Source: a virus
Lineage: Duplodnaviria > Caudoviricetes
Virus record (IMG/VR): IMGVR_UViG_3300032287_002746
Location: 1-60,436 of that record
Reading direction: 5' to 3' (one strand)
Length of the DNA: 60,436 nucleotides
Made by a program: the position numbers and the translations under genes. The notes beneath the pieces were generated by a model. The model saw nothing but the letters and a program-made list of their open reading frames with translations, ran no database searches and was not told the origin of the DNA. The stretch's first letter is position 1. Every line of letters begins with the position of its first letter. Below, piece after piece: positions 1 through 8,752 of the stretch.

Positions 1-81
1 AAATTTTATATACCCGAAATAATAACTGCGATAGTTGGTTTGATATTATTAATATATGTATTATTTCATATTTTTAATTAA
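1..81 (+). CDS. 3' end of a membrane protein (partial, runs off window)
   Basis: Frame 1 reads KFYIPEIITAIVGLILLIYVLFHIFN* (hydrophobic helix), TAA at 79-81. Confidence 0.45.
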   Translation, partial: KFYIPEIITAIVGLILLIYVLFHIFN

Positions 82-101
82 TAACAAACTATAAAAAAAA
101 G

Positions 102-329
102 ATGAAACAAACAGCAGTAGAATGGTTAGAAATAGAACTTAAAAAAAAAGGTTTTGATTTCCCTTATGTGACTTTAAAAATTGAACAAGCCAAAGAAATG
201 GAAGAACATAATTTATTAGAAATGCTTCACAAATTTGCATTTGATTATACTTACAATTACAGAGGAGAAAAAACTATTTACGAATGGATACCTGAATGGT
301 TTGAAGAGTATAAAAGATTAAACAATTAA
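102..329 (+). CDS. small phage protein, 'MKQTAVEWL...EQAKEME' repeat family
   Basis: ORF with A-rich start context; motif set typical of small paralogous ORFs in Flavobacteriia-type phages. Confidence 0.7.
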   Translation: MKQTAVEWLEIELKKKGFDFPYVTLKIEQAKEMEEHNLLEMLHKFAFDYTYNYRGEKTIYEWIPEWFEEYKRLNN

Positions 330-341
330 ACAAATAAAATT

Positions 342-575
342 ATGAAAGAAGAACAAAAACAAGAAACACTTGAAGAATTTGCTGAAAGACTAAGAGAAGA
401 GATAAATTATGGTGCAAGTCAATCAGATATTATTGATAATTTGGCTAAATGGCAACAAGAAAGAAGTTATAGTGAGGAAGAAGTGATAGCATTTGGAGAG
501 TTTATATTTAAACATAGTCTATTAGCACACTCCAAAGGAGTTAAGAGTTTATTTGAACAATTTAAAAAGAAATAA
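342..575 (+). CDS. small phage protein, 'KQETLEE...AKWQ.ERSYSEEEV' family, copy 1
   Basis: Shares three sequence blocks with the next ORF. Confidence 0.75.
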   Translation: MKEEQKQETLEEFAERLREEINYGASQSDIIDNLAKWQQERSYSEEEVIAFGEFIFKHSLLAHSKGVKSLFEQFKKK

Positions 576-870
576 GATTATGACAACAGATGAAAAAGGA
601 AATCCTATGACTTATTGGGGAGGATTAAAAGAAGCTAAACAAGAAACACTTGAAGAAGCTGCAAAAAGAATTTATGGTTCAGATGCATTAAAAGATGTTG
701 AATATTATGCTTTCCTTAATGGTGCTAAATGGCAAATGGAAAGAAGTTATAGTGAGGAAGAAGTTGAAGAGTTAATATACAACGTATGTGGTGCAGTAGC
801 AAGACTACAAGGAATTATATTAAATGGTAGTCATATAAACACTGCTTATAAACAACATAAAAAGAAATAA
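357..870 (+). repeat. interspersed direct repeats (anchors A, B, C)
   Basis: AAACAAGAAACACTTGAAGAA at 357 and 637; GCTAAATGGCAAnnnGAAAGAAGTTATAGTGAGGAAGAAGT at 444 and 724; AACAAnnTAAAAAGAAATAA ending at 575 and 870. Confidence 0.9.
580..870 (+). CDS. small phage protein, 'KQETLEE...AKWQ.ERSYSEEEV' family, copy 2
   Basis: ATG at 580 just after the upstream stop (preferred over 553); paralog of 342..575. Confidence 0.75.
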   Translation: MTTDEKGNPMTYWGGLKEAKQETLEEAAKRIYGSDALKDVEYYAFLNGAKWQMERSYSEEEVEELIYNVCGAVARLQGIILNGSHINTAYKQHKKK

Positions 871-872
871 TC

Positions 873-1352
873 ATGAGCGCATTTGTATTTAGTGATCCAC
901 ATTTTCATCATGAGAATATGGCAAAGAGAAGAGGTTTTTCTTGCGCTGAAGAAATGAATGAACTTATTGTAAAGAACTGGAACAATACTGTATCAAAAAG
1001 AGATGCAGTGTATTTGTTAGGTGACATTACAATGGAAAAGAATAACTATGCTATTCTTAGTAGACTCAACGGGGTCATAAACGTAGTTTTGGGAAACCAT
1101 GATGAGCGTCAGCATACAAAGTGTATGGCTCATTATGTTAATTCAGTAGCTGGAATGATAGATTATAAGAACACTTATATTCTTACTCATTGTCCAGTGC
1201 ATCCATCGCAACTTGAATTCAGATACTCTTATAATATTCATGGTCATGTACACTATAACAGTTTAGATGATCCGCGATATGTAAATGTGTGTGCTGAAGT
1301 TATAGACTACAAACCAATATTGATAACAGAATGCGTAAAAGAGTTCCGTTAA
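873..1352 (+). CDS. calcineurin-like metallophosphoesterase
   Basis: Motifs SDPHF, LGD, GNHD, HCP, HGHVH. Confidence 0.9.
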   Translation: MSAFVFSDPHFHHENMAKRRGFSCAEEMNELIVKNWNNTVSKRDAVYLLGDITMEKNNYAILSRLNGVINVVLGNHDERQHTKCMAHYVNSVAGMIDYKNTYILTHCPVHPSQLEFRYSYNIHGHVHYNSLDDPRYVNVCAEVIDYKPILITECVKEFR

Positions 1353-1597
1353 GAAGAAGAACCAGAAAAGAAAAGTCAGTTGTCCAAAAGTACTTTGAAC
1401 ATGCATTACGTGCAGATGTCGAGTGTGGACTGTTAAAACCTGAAAAGAAACTGGTGGAATACCGTAAAGAATATGGCAAAATCCTCATCAAAGAAAATGA
1501 TGTAGCAGATGTAAAAAAACATCTAACACCTGAGTTTTTTAATTCGAAAATTGAAATTAAAAATTTTATTAGTTATGAACTACGAGAATCACATTAA
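1331..1597 (+). CDS. hypothetical basic protein
   Basis: Fills the gap and overlaps both neighbours, as in a coupled operon. Confidence 0.55.
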   Translation: MRKRVPLRRRTRKEKSVVQKYFEHALRADVECGLLKPEKKLVEYRKEYGKILIKENDVADVKKHLTPEFFNSKIEIKNFISYELRESH

Positions 1598-2141
1598 AGA
1601 ATTTAAAGTAGCAAATGTGCAATTGATGCAGTATTTGCTCAGCAAACACGGTGGACTTGATCCTATGATTGTAGTTCTTGTCAAAGAAAGCAATGATGAA
1701 ATGAACATTGTTGCAGTACCTGTTCCAGGTGAATTTTTACACGATGACCAAACAAAAGATGTATTAGCAGGAGCTATTCCATCGTTGTTGGCAATGTTGG
1801 CAAAACAAGGAAAAGAACCGGTGTGTTTTTCTTTTTCTTCAGAAGCATGGTTACGCAAGACACCAGAAGGTGTAACAGAAGTTCCAGATAACTGGAAAGA
1901 TTTACCTAAAACAGAATGTATGATTTCTTCATACGAATCTTCAGATGCTTCAGAGATGGAAGTGTTTGAAATTATTAGAGAAGGTAAGATGGCAAATGAA
2001 AATGGTGACTTAATTGACGCTATTGTATTACGACCACATTCTATTGAAGTTGATGGTAAAAAACCAAAAGCACTTAAAGGTAGATTCTTTGGAGCATTTC
2101 AAGAATTTTATAAAATGAGACAAAATGAAAAAGCAAATTAG
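1575..2141 (+). CDS. hypothetical protein
   Basis: ATG at 1575 preferred over TTG at 1551; plausible globular composition. Confidence 0.75.
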   Translation: MNYENHIKEFKVANVQLMQYLLSKHGGLDPMIVVLVKESNDEMNIVAVPVPGEFLHDDQTKDVLAGAIPSLLAMLAKQGKEPVCFSFSSEAWLRKTPEGVTEVPDNWKDLPKTECMISSYESSDASEMEVFEIIREGKMANENGDLIDAIVLRPHSIEVDGKKPKALKGRFFGAFQEFYKMRQNEKAN

Positions 2142-2406
2142 TTTTGACGATGAAATTACAATTCGAACTGTTCATTATGGTAATTATCTAAAAGATGATG
2201 GTGACGAAGATGAATATGTAGAAGGAAATTATCCATTTGAAGTTCAGATGGAAATTCAAGCTGAGGTTCAAGGATCTGGTCAAGGTTGGGACACAATACA
2301 AGTAGTATGGGGTGATAAAAAACCATTTAGACATCTTATTGAACAACAAAAAATAGAAGAAAAAATTATTAAAAAGTACAAAACTAAATACTTAAAAGAT
2401 GAATAA
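2125..2406 (+). CDS. hypothetical protein
   Basis: ORF overlapping both neighbours. Confidence 0.7.
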   Translation: MKKQISFDDEITIRTVHYGNYLKDDGDEDEYVEGNYPFEVQMEIQAEVQGSGQGWDTIQVVWGDKKPFRHLIEQQKIEEKIIKKYKTKYLKDE

Positions 2407-2695
2407 AGAAATTGTAAACGTAGATTTTGACTTTAGTGAACCGTACACAGATAGTCAAGGAAGAGAATTGGTAGCAAAAATTAGATTGAGTGTGGATGTA
2501 AGAAGCAAAAGTTTTAACATTATGCCAAGTGCTGTGAAAAAAGACTTTGTGTTTATGAATACATCTCAAGCAAATTGGCAATTATGGATTGCAACAGCAA
2601 AAGCAATTCAATCAGCAACTGAGTTTGCTGTCCAGTACATTGAAGAAAATACATTAACCTTTCCAGCATTAGAAGAAGATGGAGCAGTACAATAA
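2399..2695 (+). CDS. hypothetical protein
   Basis: ORF overlapping both neighbours. Confidence 0.7.
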   Translation: MNKEIVNVDFDFSEPYTDSQGRELVAKIRLSVDVRSKSFNIMPSAVKKDFVFMNTSQANWQLWIATAKAIQSATEFAVQYIEENTLTFPALEEDGAVQ

Positions 2696-3164
2696 AGTAT
2701 TAATAGGACACGTAGGAGTTGATTCAGGTCAGCTTCTACTTTGTGATCCTTGTTACATTGATTCAGAATGGAAACAAGAAGATTTTACAGATGTTAGAGT
2801 TTATCAGCATAAAACAACCGGTGATAAGCTACAGTACATGGTTGATTTTCCAAATTATGGAGCAGTGATTCCAAAGTATGGAAAAACTATGAACGAGTTA
2901 AATGAAACTGGTGAATGGGAAGAAATTGAAGATCATACAACAGAACACAATTTTAGTTATAATGCTTGCAGTAAAGCAACATTATCTAAAAAACGTGCTG
3001 GACAGTTAAACTATGAAATGGGACACGAAGGTGTTGGCGTTGCATTTAGCACAGCATTTGGTGATGGTTTTTATCCAGTTTTTCAGAACTTTGATGACCA
3101 AGGTGAGTTAATTTCCGTAGAAGTAGTATTTCAATTTCCAGAAGACGACGACGATGAAGAATAA
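2679..3164 (+). CDS. DUF4241-like protein
   Basis: GVDSGQLLLCDPCY and STAFGDGFYPV motifs. Confidence 0.65.
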   Translation: MEQYNKVLIGHVGVDSGQLLLCDPCYIDSEWKQEDFTDVRVYQHKTTGDKLQYMVDFPNYGAVIPKYGKTMNELNETGEWEEIEDHTTEHNFSYNACSKATLSKKRAGQLNYEMGHEGVGVAFSTAFGDGFYPVFQNFDDQGELISVEVVFQFPEDDDDEE

Positions 3165-3348
3165 TCAAAATTTAGTAGGTAAACGTGTACAGTTAATTTA
3201 CATGAATGATAAACAGTCACCAGCACCTGGTACAAAAGGAACTGTAAGATTAGTAGATGATGCAGGAACTATTCATGTTGAATGGGATAGTGGATCACAT
3301 CTTGGTTTAATACCAGGTGAAGATGAATATAAAATACTTGAACAATGA
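3154..3348 (+). CDS. DUF4314 family small beta protein
   Basis: PGTKGTV..VDDAGTIHVEWDSGS.LGLIPGED. Confidence 0.8.
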   Translation: MKNNQNLVGKRVQLIYMNDKQSPAPGTKGTVRLVDDAGTIHVEWDSGSHLGLIPGEDEYKILEQ

Positions 3349-3752
3349 GTCACCCATTACATCATTCTATATCCAGTAAAAAAAAGTGGGGTGGTCACGT
3401 TGATGACTACCTCGCTCTCCACAATTGGTTTGACGAAACAAAAATGCACTATCCAGACATGCGTCATAGAGCATTGAGACATCACGCAGAAGGTATATTC
3501 TGGTGTGAAGAAAAGTTTGGCACTTATATCATCAATTCTGATGGAAAAATGGTTCCTGTAAGAGCACTTGGTGAGCAACACGTGATGGAAGATATAGGAT
3601 TTATTCCTACTATCAAAGATTATCTTGACAACATGACTCAAGTAAACTGGATGTATAAGCCAGGTGAAGGTCGCAAAGTATTGAAAACAATACAAGAAGA
3701 AAAATCAGATTATGTATTTAGTAAAGAAGAAAAATTAGAAAATCATGAGTAA
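3345..3752 (+). CDS. DUF6915-like histidine-rich protein
   Basis: HPLHHS..SKKKWGG, HNWFD, RHRALRHH, EQHVMED motifs. Confidence 0.75.
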   Translation: MSHPLHHSISSKKKWGGHVDDYLALHNWFDETKMHYPDMRHRALRHHAEGIFWCEEKFGTYIINSDGKMVPVRALGEQHVMEDIGFIPTIKDYLDNMTQVNWMYKPGEGRKVLKTIQEEKSDYVFSKEEKLENHE

Positions 3753-4437
3753 AATAATTAGCGCAACAGAAATTATTGATTGGTGTGACAAACAAGTTGC
3801 AGAGGGTAAAGAAATAACTCTTTGCTGGGAAGGTGGAGGTGACTCAGGATGGGTTTACTTTGAAGTTGACGGTGTACAAGCTGATGGTGAAGAAATCGAA
3901 GCACTTGTAGATATGATGTACAATGAACTTGACTATGGTTCTTGGGCAGGTGAATTTTCTGCAAATGGTAGAGCTGATTACGATCCAGCAACGAAATGTT
4001 TTGAAGGTATAGATTATTATTCTGAAGATGACTGGACAAACACAACATTTGAAGAACCGTTTGCATTTTATATTCCAAGTACTTATGGTTTTGACAGTAT
4101 TGAGTATAATATTGAAGGTAGTTTTGAAGACGATTTTAGAGTAGAAATTACATTTAATATTATAAACGGTTTTATTACGCCAGAACTACGCGAACTTGAA
4201 GATGAAATATCTAAAGCAGTAAAAGAAAAAATAATTTCAGAACTTTCAGAATTTAAAGAGATTGATGTTAACTATTTTGGTACACATGAACTTGAACAAA
4301 GACATGAAATGAAAATAGAAAAAGAAAATGTTATTTTTGAAATTCCGTCAATTCATTATTCAGTTTACAATACTGAAGAAAAAGGTGTAACAATTGATTT
4401 AAAAGAACGATTAGAAAACGAAACAGATGACGAATAA
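3745..4437 (+). CDS. DUF6878-like acidic protein
   Basis: WEGGGDSG motif near the N-terminus; overlaps upstream stop. Confidence 0.65.
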   Translation: MSKIISATEIIDWCDKQVAEGKEITLCWEGGGDSGWVYFEVDGVQADGEEIEALVDMMYNELDYGSWAGEFSANGRADYDPATKCFEGIDYYSEDDWTNTTFEEPFAFYIPSTYGFDSIEYNIEGSFEDDFRVEITFNIINGFITPELRELEDEISKAVKEKIISELSEFKEIDVNYFGTHELEQRHEMKIEKENVIFEIPSIHYSVYNTEEKGVTIDLKERLENETDDE

Positions 4438-5128
4438 ATTTGAAAATTACACCTTTACTGTTAGAAACGTAAGAGGTGTAGAGCTTGATGAAGCATTACG
4501 ATTATGGAAAACTGCATACTCTTCTTTTGACGAGTTTCTGAAAAATGTGATTATTTATGAATCACTTGAAGAGTTTGGAGATTATGTGTCCACAGTTTGG
4601 TCTGAAGCAAAACCTATTGAAATATCAGAGGCATTTCAGCAAAACAACACAGAAAGAAGAAGATTATATTTTGACATTATTGGTGTAGATAAAATCTTTG
4701 AACATGTAGATCCTGAATTGATTGACATGAAAGAAGTTGTCTTAAACAACAGACGATGGGATGCCTCTGGAAATGAGTATCTTCAAACAGGTATTGATAG
4801 ATACACTCTTTACAAAATTAATGGTGATACTTTATTTGGTAGCACTATTAGTGAATGGCAACGTAAAAACAGTGCAGTATATGCTGTTAAGTGTACTTGT
4901 ACTTCTACCGGTAGAAATTATTGGTTGTATGTACCACGCGAAGTCGGTGAAAAAGAATCTGCATTAGATGCAATTGCTTGGACATGTAGAATTGGAATTA
5001 CAAATCCAAAAGCTATTTACAGACAAGGTGATATTTTTGTTGTTGCAGCAAATCATGATTCAAAACCTTGTGATCCGTATCATTTAGATTATGCAACATA
5101 CAGTTCATTAATTCAATCTCAAACATAA
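4427..5128 (+). CDS. DUF6745-like protein
   Basis: NTERRR..IIG, VKCTCTSTGRNYWLYVP, AIAWT, YRQGD motifs. Confidence 0.7.
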   Translation: MTNKFENYTFTVRNVRGVELDEALRLWKTAYSSFDEFLKNVIIYESLEEFGDYVSTVWSEAKPIEISEAFQQNNTERRRLYFDIIGVDKIFEHVDPELIDMKEVVLNNRRWDASGNEYLQTGIDRYTLYKINGDTLFGSTISEWQRKNSAVYAVKCTCTSTGRNYWLYVPREVGEKESALDAIAWTCRIGITNPKAIYRQGDIFVVAANHDSKPCDPYHLDYATYSSLIQSQT

Positions 5129-5382
5129 TGGCAAAAGAATTAAAATCCAATCGAATTGTGTTAGCATCAGGTGATTTTGCTAATACTCACGCAGTTGTTT
5201 CAGATAAACAAATGCAGTATGAACACTTGGAAAATAGTGTTATCAAGTTCAATGTTACAAAAGACGCAACAATTACACACGAGGAACATGATGTAATCAG
5301 ACTTCCTGAAGATGTGTATTATAAATTCAACCAAGTTGAGTTTAATCCATTTAATAACACAGTGTCATTTGTGTTTGATTAA
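5128..5382 (+). CDS. small His-containing beta protein (usual partner of DUF6745-like genes)
   Basis: LASG..NTH, ITHEEH..I.LP...Y...QVEFNP; TAATG start/stop overlap. Confidence 0.7.
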   Translation: MAKELKSNRIVLASGDFANTHAVVSDKQMQYEHLENSVIKFNVTKDATITHEEHDVIRLPEDVYYKFNQVEFNPFNNTVSFVFD

Positions 5383-5390
5383 CAAGTAGT

Positions 5391-5433
5391 TACGAACCAG
5401 GAATTCAAAACTCTTGGTTCGTACTATTTTTTT
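5391..5433 (+). terminator. Rho-independent terminator
   Basis: TACGAACCAGGA...TCTTGGTTCGTA stem followed by a T-run. Confidence 0.8.
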
Positions 5434-5456
5434 GTTTAATATTGTAAAAAAAAGAT

Positions 5457-5900
5457 ATGCAAGTTAAAGTTAAAAAATTACACGAATTGGTAGAAATACC
5501 AACTTACGCTAAACCAGGAGATGCAGGAATGGATCTTACTGCTGTAAAAATTGAAAAAGATGCTTATGGTAATGCTGTAATCTATACAGGATTAGCTGTA
5601 GAAATTCCAGAAGGATATGTTGGATTAGTATTTCCAAGAAGCAGCATCTCTAAATACGACATGCATTTAAGAAACAGTGTGGGCGTTATCGATTCTGGAT
5701 ACAGAGGAGAAATTATGCTAAAATTTAGTTTCTTAGAAGATGGTAACTTGTACCAAATGGGTGACAAAGTTGCTCAATTGATAATCTTACCTTATCCACA
5801 AATTACATTCGAAGAAGTTGATGAATTGTCAGAAACTGAACGAGGTGAAGGAGGGTTTGGTTCCACAACGGTAGGTCATGACGGTCCAACGAATTTGTAA
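5457..5900 (+). CDS. dut: trimeric dUTPase
   Basis: AGMDL, PRSS, GVIDSGYRGEI, AQLI, RGEGGFGST motifs. Confidence 0.97.
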   Translation: MQVKVKKLHELVEIPTYAKPGDAGMDLTAVKIEKDAYGNAVIYTGLAVEIPEGYVGLVFPRSSISKYDMHLRNSVGVIDSGYRGEIMLKFSFLEDGNLYQMGDKVAQLIILPYPQITFEEVDELSETERGEGGFGSTTVGHDGPTNL

Positions 5901-5902
5901 AG

Positions 5903-5973
5903 TGAATGGTAGTGAGTTTGGTGTAGGTTTGTTTATTGAAAAACAACCTACACTTGCTTACTTTGATCATTCA
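5903..5973. other. long imperfect intergenic hairpin
   Basis: 5903-10 pairs with 5966-73, 5911-17 with 5956-62, 5921-29 with 5945-53, 5931-34 with 5941-44. Confidence 0.7.
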
Positions 5974-6017
5974 ATTTATATAAAGATATTTTGGTTTCAA
6001 TTAGGAATTAATATATT

Positions 6018-6392
6018 ATGGAAATAAATTTTAACACTGGACAAATAGAAGTTGTTGGTCCTTATGGCAGAGTTTATTTGTACTCACACAACACTGCTAA
6101 TGAGTTAGTTAGTGTTGTTAGTGATGTGCTTTCAAGACAAGTAAGATGGGATGATCCTGACTATCTTTCAAGAATGATTTTTTGCAGAATGGTACCAAAA
6201 AATAAATGGGATGACGAATTAGGATTTGGTATTGGTACTCAACTTTACAGAGATGTAAACATGTTGATTTCTTTAGATACTGTTCATCAAACAATTAAAA
6301 TTTCTTCTGCATTTGAGACATATATTACGAATAGTATTACAATGTCTTTTGACGATTTTCTAAATAAGTATGCAGACAGTGCAGAATTGTAA
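6018..6392 (+). CDS. hypothetical protein
   Basis: 124-aa ORF; RVYLYSH and RWDDPDYLSR look like conserved phage motifs. Confidence 0.75.
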   Translation: MEINFNTGQIEVVGPYGRVYLYSHNTANELVSVVSDVLSRQVRWDDPDYLSRMIFCRMVPKNKWDDELGFGIGTQLYRDVNMLISLDTVHQTIKISSAFETYITNSITMSFDDFLNKYADSAEL

Positions 6393-6519
6393 AAATTTAC
6401 TGGAAAAAAATGACGCAATCATAGCGTTATAGTGGAAAATATTTTCTCAGAACAACTAATTTGAACCTTTTACTGGAAATTAATGAGTAGCTTAGTACTT
6501 TATTTAAGATGCAGCTACA

Positions 6520-6807
6520 ATGATATACCAATTGCCCAATGGTAAAAGTATCGAGATGTCGATAGAACAGTACTTAAGAATGACCGATGAGGAGCTTAAA
6601 GGACTGGTTGCATATAACTTTGGTGAAGAATTTAATGATCCGTTTATATTCAGTGTTTTAAAGCATGGACCATCTGGTCCTGAAGAGCTTGAAGAAATGG
6701 ATGAAGAAGATTTTACTGAGGAAGAATTAGAAGACTTAACCACAATACTTCCTGAAGAAAAGTTATATGATGACGACTACATTGACTACGATAACTTAGA
6801 ACAGTAA
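6520..6807 (+). CDS. highly acidic small protein
   Basis: About 29 of 95 residues are D/E. Confidence 0.8.
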   Translation: MIYQLPNGKSIEMSIEQYLRMTDEELKGLVAYNFGEEFNDPFIFSVLKHGPSGPEELEEMDEEDFTEEELEDLTTILPEEKLYDDDYIDYDNLEQ

Positions 6808-7415
6808 TGGATCCAGTTTCACAAAAAATATGGGATGACTTTATAAAGAAGTCAGTTCATGAAACAGGATACTGGTTTTCTGCATTTACAGCTGATGGAC
6901 ACGCTCACATACATTGTCATGATTTAGCTAAATGGTTGATTGAGTTTTTATCAGAACACAAAAACAAAGTAATATATGACTTTGGTTGTGGAGATGGTTT
7001 TTATTTACAGCAATTATACTCAAATGGTATTAAAAATGTAATTGGTATTGAACCTGAAACTCCCGCAAAAAAACATTCCTTTAAAATTTTACCACACAAT
7101 CTTGCTTTTGAATTACCTTTAACAGAAAAAGGTATTGTAATGTCTTTTGAAGTTGGTGAACACATTCCAAAAAAATATCAAGATGCATTTATTGACAATA
7201 TAACAAAACTTTGTGATAGTTATTTGATACTATCATGGGCAATTGTTGATCAACCAGGTATTGGACATGTGAATTGTAAAAATAATCCAGATGTAATAAA
7301 ATTACTTGAAGAAAAAGGATTTACATACTTACCAGAGTTAACAGAAATAGCAAGATCATATCCAGAAGGAATGTGTGGGTATTACAAACAAACATTGATG
7401 ATATTTAAAAAATGA
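6807..7415 (+). CDS. class I SAM-dependent methyltransferase (non-DNA type)
   Basis: IYDFGCGDG SAM motif, EVGEHIP, GHVNC; no DPPY or PC catalytic motif. Confidence 0.85.
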   Translation: MDPVSQKIWDDFIKKSVHETGYWFSAFTADGHAHIHCHDLAKWLIEFLSEHKNKVIYDFGCGDGFYLQQLYSNGIKNVIGIEPETPAKKHSFKILPHNLAFELPLTEKGIVMSFEVGEHIPKKYQDAFIDNITKLCDSYLILSWAIVDQPGIGHVNCKNNPDVIKLLEEKGFTYLPELTEIARSYPEGMCGYYKQTLMIFKK

Positions 7416-8089
7416 AAGTAGAAATATTTAGTATAATGAAAAACGAGGAAGCAATGCTTCCTTTTTATTTGAAACATTATCAAGATAGATTCAAAGATTG
7501 TGTTATCAATGTCTATGACAATGGTTCTACAGACAATAGTATTCAAATTTGTAAAGATGCCGGTTGTAATGTTGGAGAGTTTCCAGTTTACACTGAAGAA
7601 ATTCTTAAAAATTGGAAAAATTCTATATGGAAAGATTCAACTGCAGATTGGATAATTGTTTGTGATATTGATGAGTTATTGCACATAACTGATTTTGGTT
7701 TAGAATCATTACCAGAACATGTGAATGTAATTTCAACAAAAGGTTATACAATGATAGATGTTACTGACGACAACTTACCAATTGAAAAGTTAGATCATGG
7801 CGTGTATGCTCCTCCTTATTGCAAAAACATAATGTTTAAAAACAATTACATTAGCAATATGAATTATGAAATGGGTGCTCATCAATGTAATCCTGTTCCA
7901 ACACCGGTTTATTCTGCAGATGTTTATGCATTATTGCATTATAATAAATACAGTTTTACATTAGAAAGATTTCATCAAAAGTTTCAAGTTGCAAAAGAAG
8001 TTTTAAATGAAGATCAGTTAGAAGTAATAAATGAATCATTAAACACGCTATTTGAATCCAGTAAAATATTAGCAGTAAAATTATTATGA
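7412..8089 (+). CDS. GT2/GT-A glycosyltransferase
   Basis: KNEE, YDNGSTD, CDIDE (DxD) motifs. Confidence 0.85.
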   Translation: MKVEIFSIMKNEEAMLPFYLKHYQDRFKDCVINVYDNGSTDNSIQICKDAGCNVGEFPVYTEEILKNWKNSIWKDSTADWIIVCDIDELLHITDFGLESLPEHVNVISTKGYTMIDVTDDNLPIEKLDHGVYAPPYCKNIMFKNNYISNMNYEMGAHQCNPVPTPVYSADVYALLHYNKYSFTLERFHQKFQVAKEVLNEDQLEVINESLNTLFESSKILAVKLL

Positions 8090-8496
8090 TACAACCAAAA
8101 AAGAAAATTTGTGACGCTTGTCAAACTGAACAACTCATCTGGAAAAATCACGATGGTAATAAATACTGCAGAAAATGTTGGTTAGACAAAACATTTGTAC
8201 TTCCAAAAAAATATCTAAAACCTATAAAACCTAAAGCAGATAAACAGGATCCTCTTGATAAATTATATTCTATCATGAGAAAAGATTTCTTATCTTTACA
8301 TCCAGGATGTCAAGCAAGGTTGCAAGGTTGCAGTCTTCAAAGTACTGACGTACATCATAAAAAAGGAAGAGGATTACACTATCTTGACAAAACAACATGG
8401 TTATCAGTATGCAGATCATGTCACACTTGGATTGAATTACATCCTAAAGAAGCAAAAGAATTAAATTTTTCACTTAACAGATTAGAAAATGGATAA
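8086..8496 (+). CDS. Zn-ribbon plus HNH-like nuclease (NinG-like)
   Basis: CDAC/CRKC and CQARLQGC..DVHH...VCRSCH. Confidence 0.75.
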   Translation: MIQPKKKICDACQTEQLIWKNHDGNKYCRKCWLDKTFVLPKKYLKPIKPKADKQDPLDKLYSIMRKDFLSLHPGCQARLQGCSLQSTDVHHKKGRGLHYLDKTTWLSVCRSCHTWIELHPKEAKELNFSLNRLENG

Positions 8497-8752
8497 CAAA
8501 AAATTCGTTGGATTCTACATTATTGGTGCTGCCAATAAAGAAGATGCACAAAAAGGTGCTGGATTATTATTATGGTCACAATTAAAACCAAATTGGTTGG
8601 TAAGATTTCTTGACAAAAACTTGTTAAATATCTATTGGATTGACAAGGAAGATTATAAACCTGTTGCAAAAGAAACAGTAGCAGAAAAAACTAAATTGGA
8701 ATTTCCTAAACACAGAACTTACAGAAAGAAAAAAGCAGATGAAACAAGATAA
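8489..8752 (+). CDS. hypothetical protein
   Basis: ORF coupled to both neighbours. Confidence 0.65.
   Translation: MDNKKFVGFYIIGAANKEDAQKGAGLLLWSQLKPNWLVRFLDKNLLNIYWIDKEDYKPVAKETVAEKTKLEFPKHRTYRKKKADETR

Noticed and set aside
357-870. CRISPR array
   Set aside because: Only two copies of each block, all in-frame coding, non-palindromic, with no cas genes.
6807-7415. DNA methyltransferase
   Set aside because: Lacks DPPY/NPPY or PC catalytic motifs.
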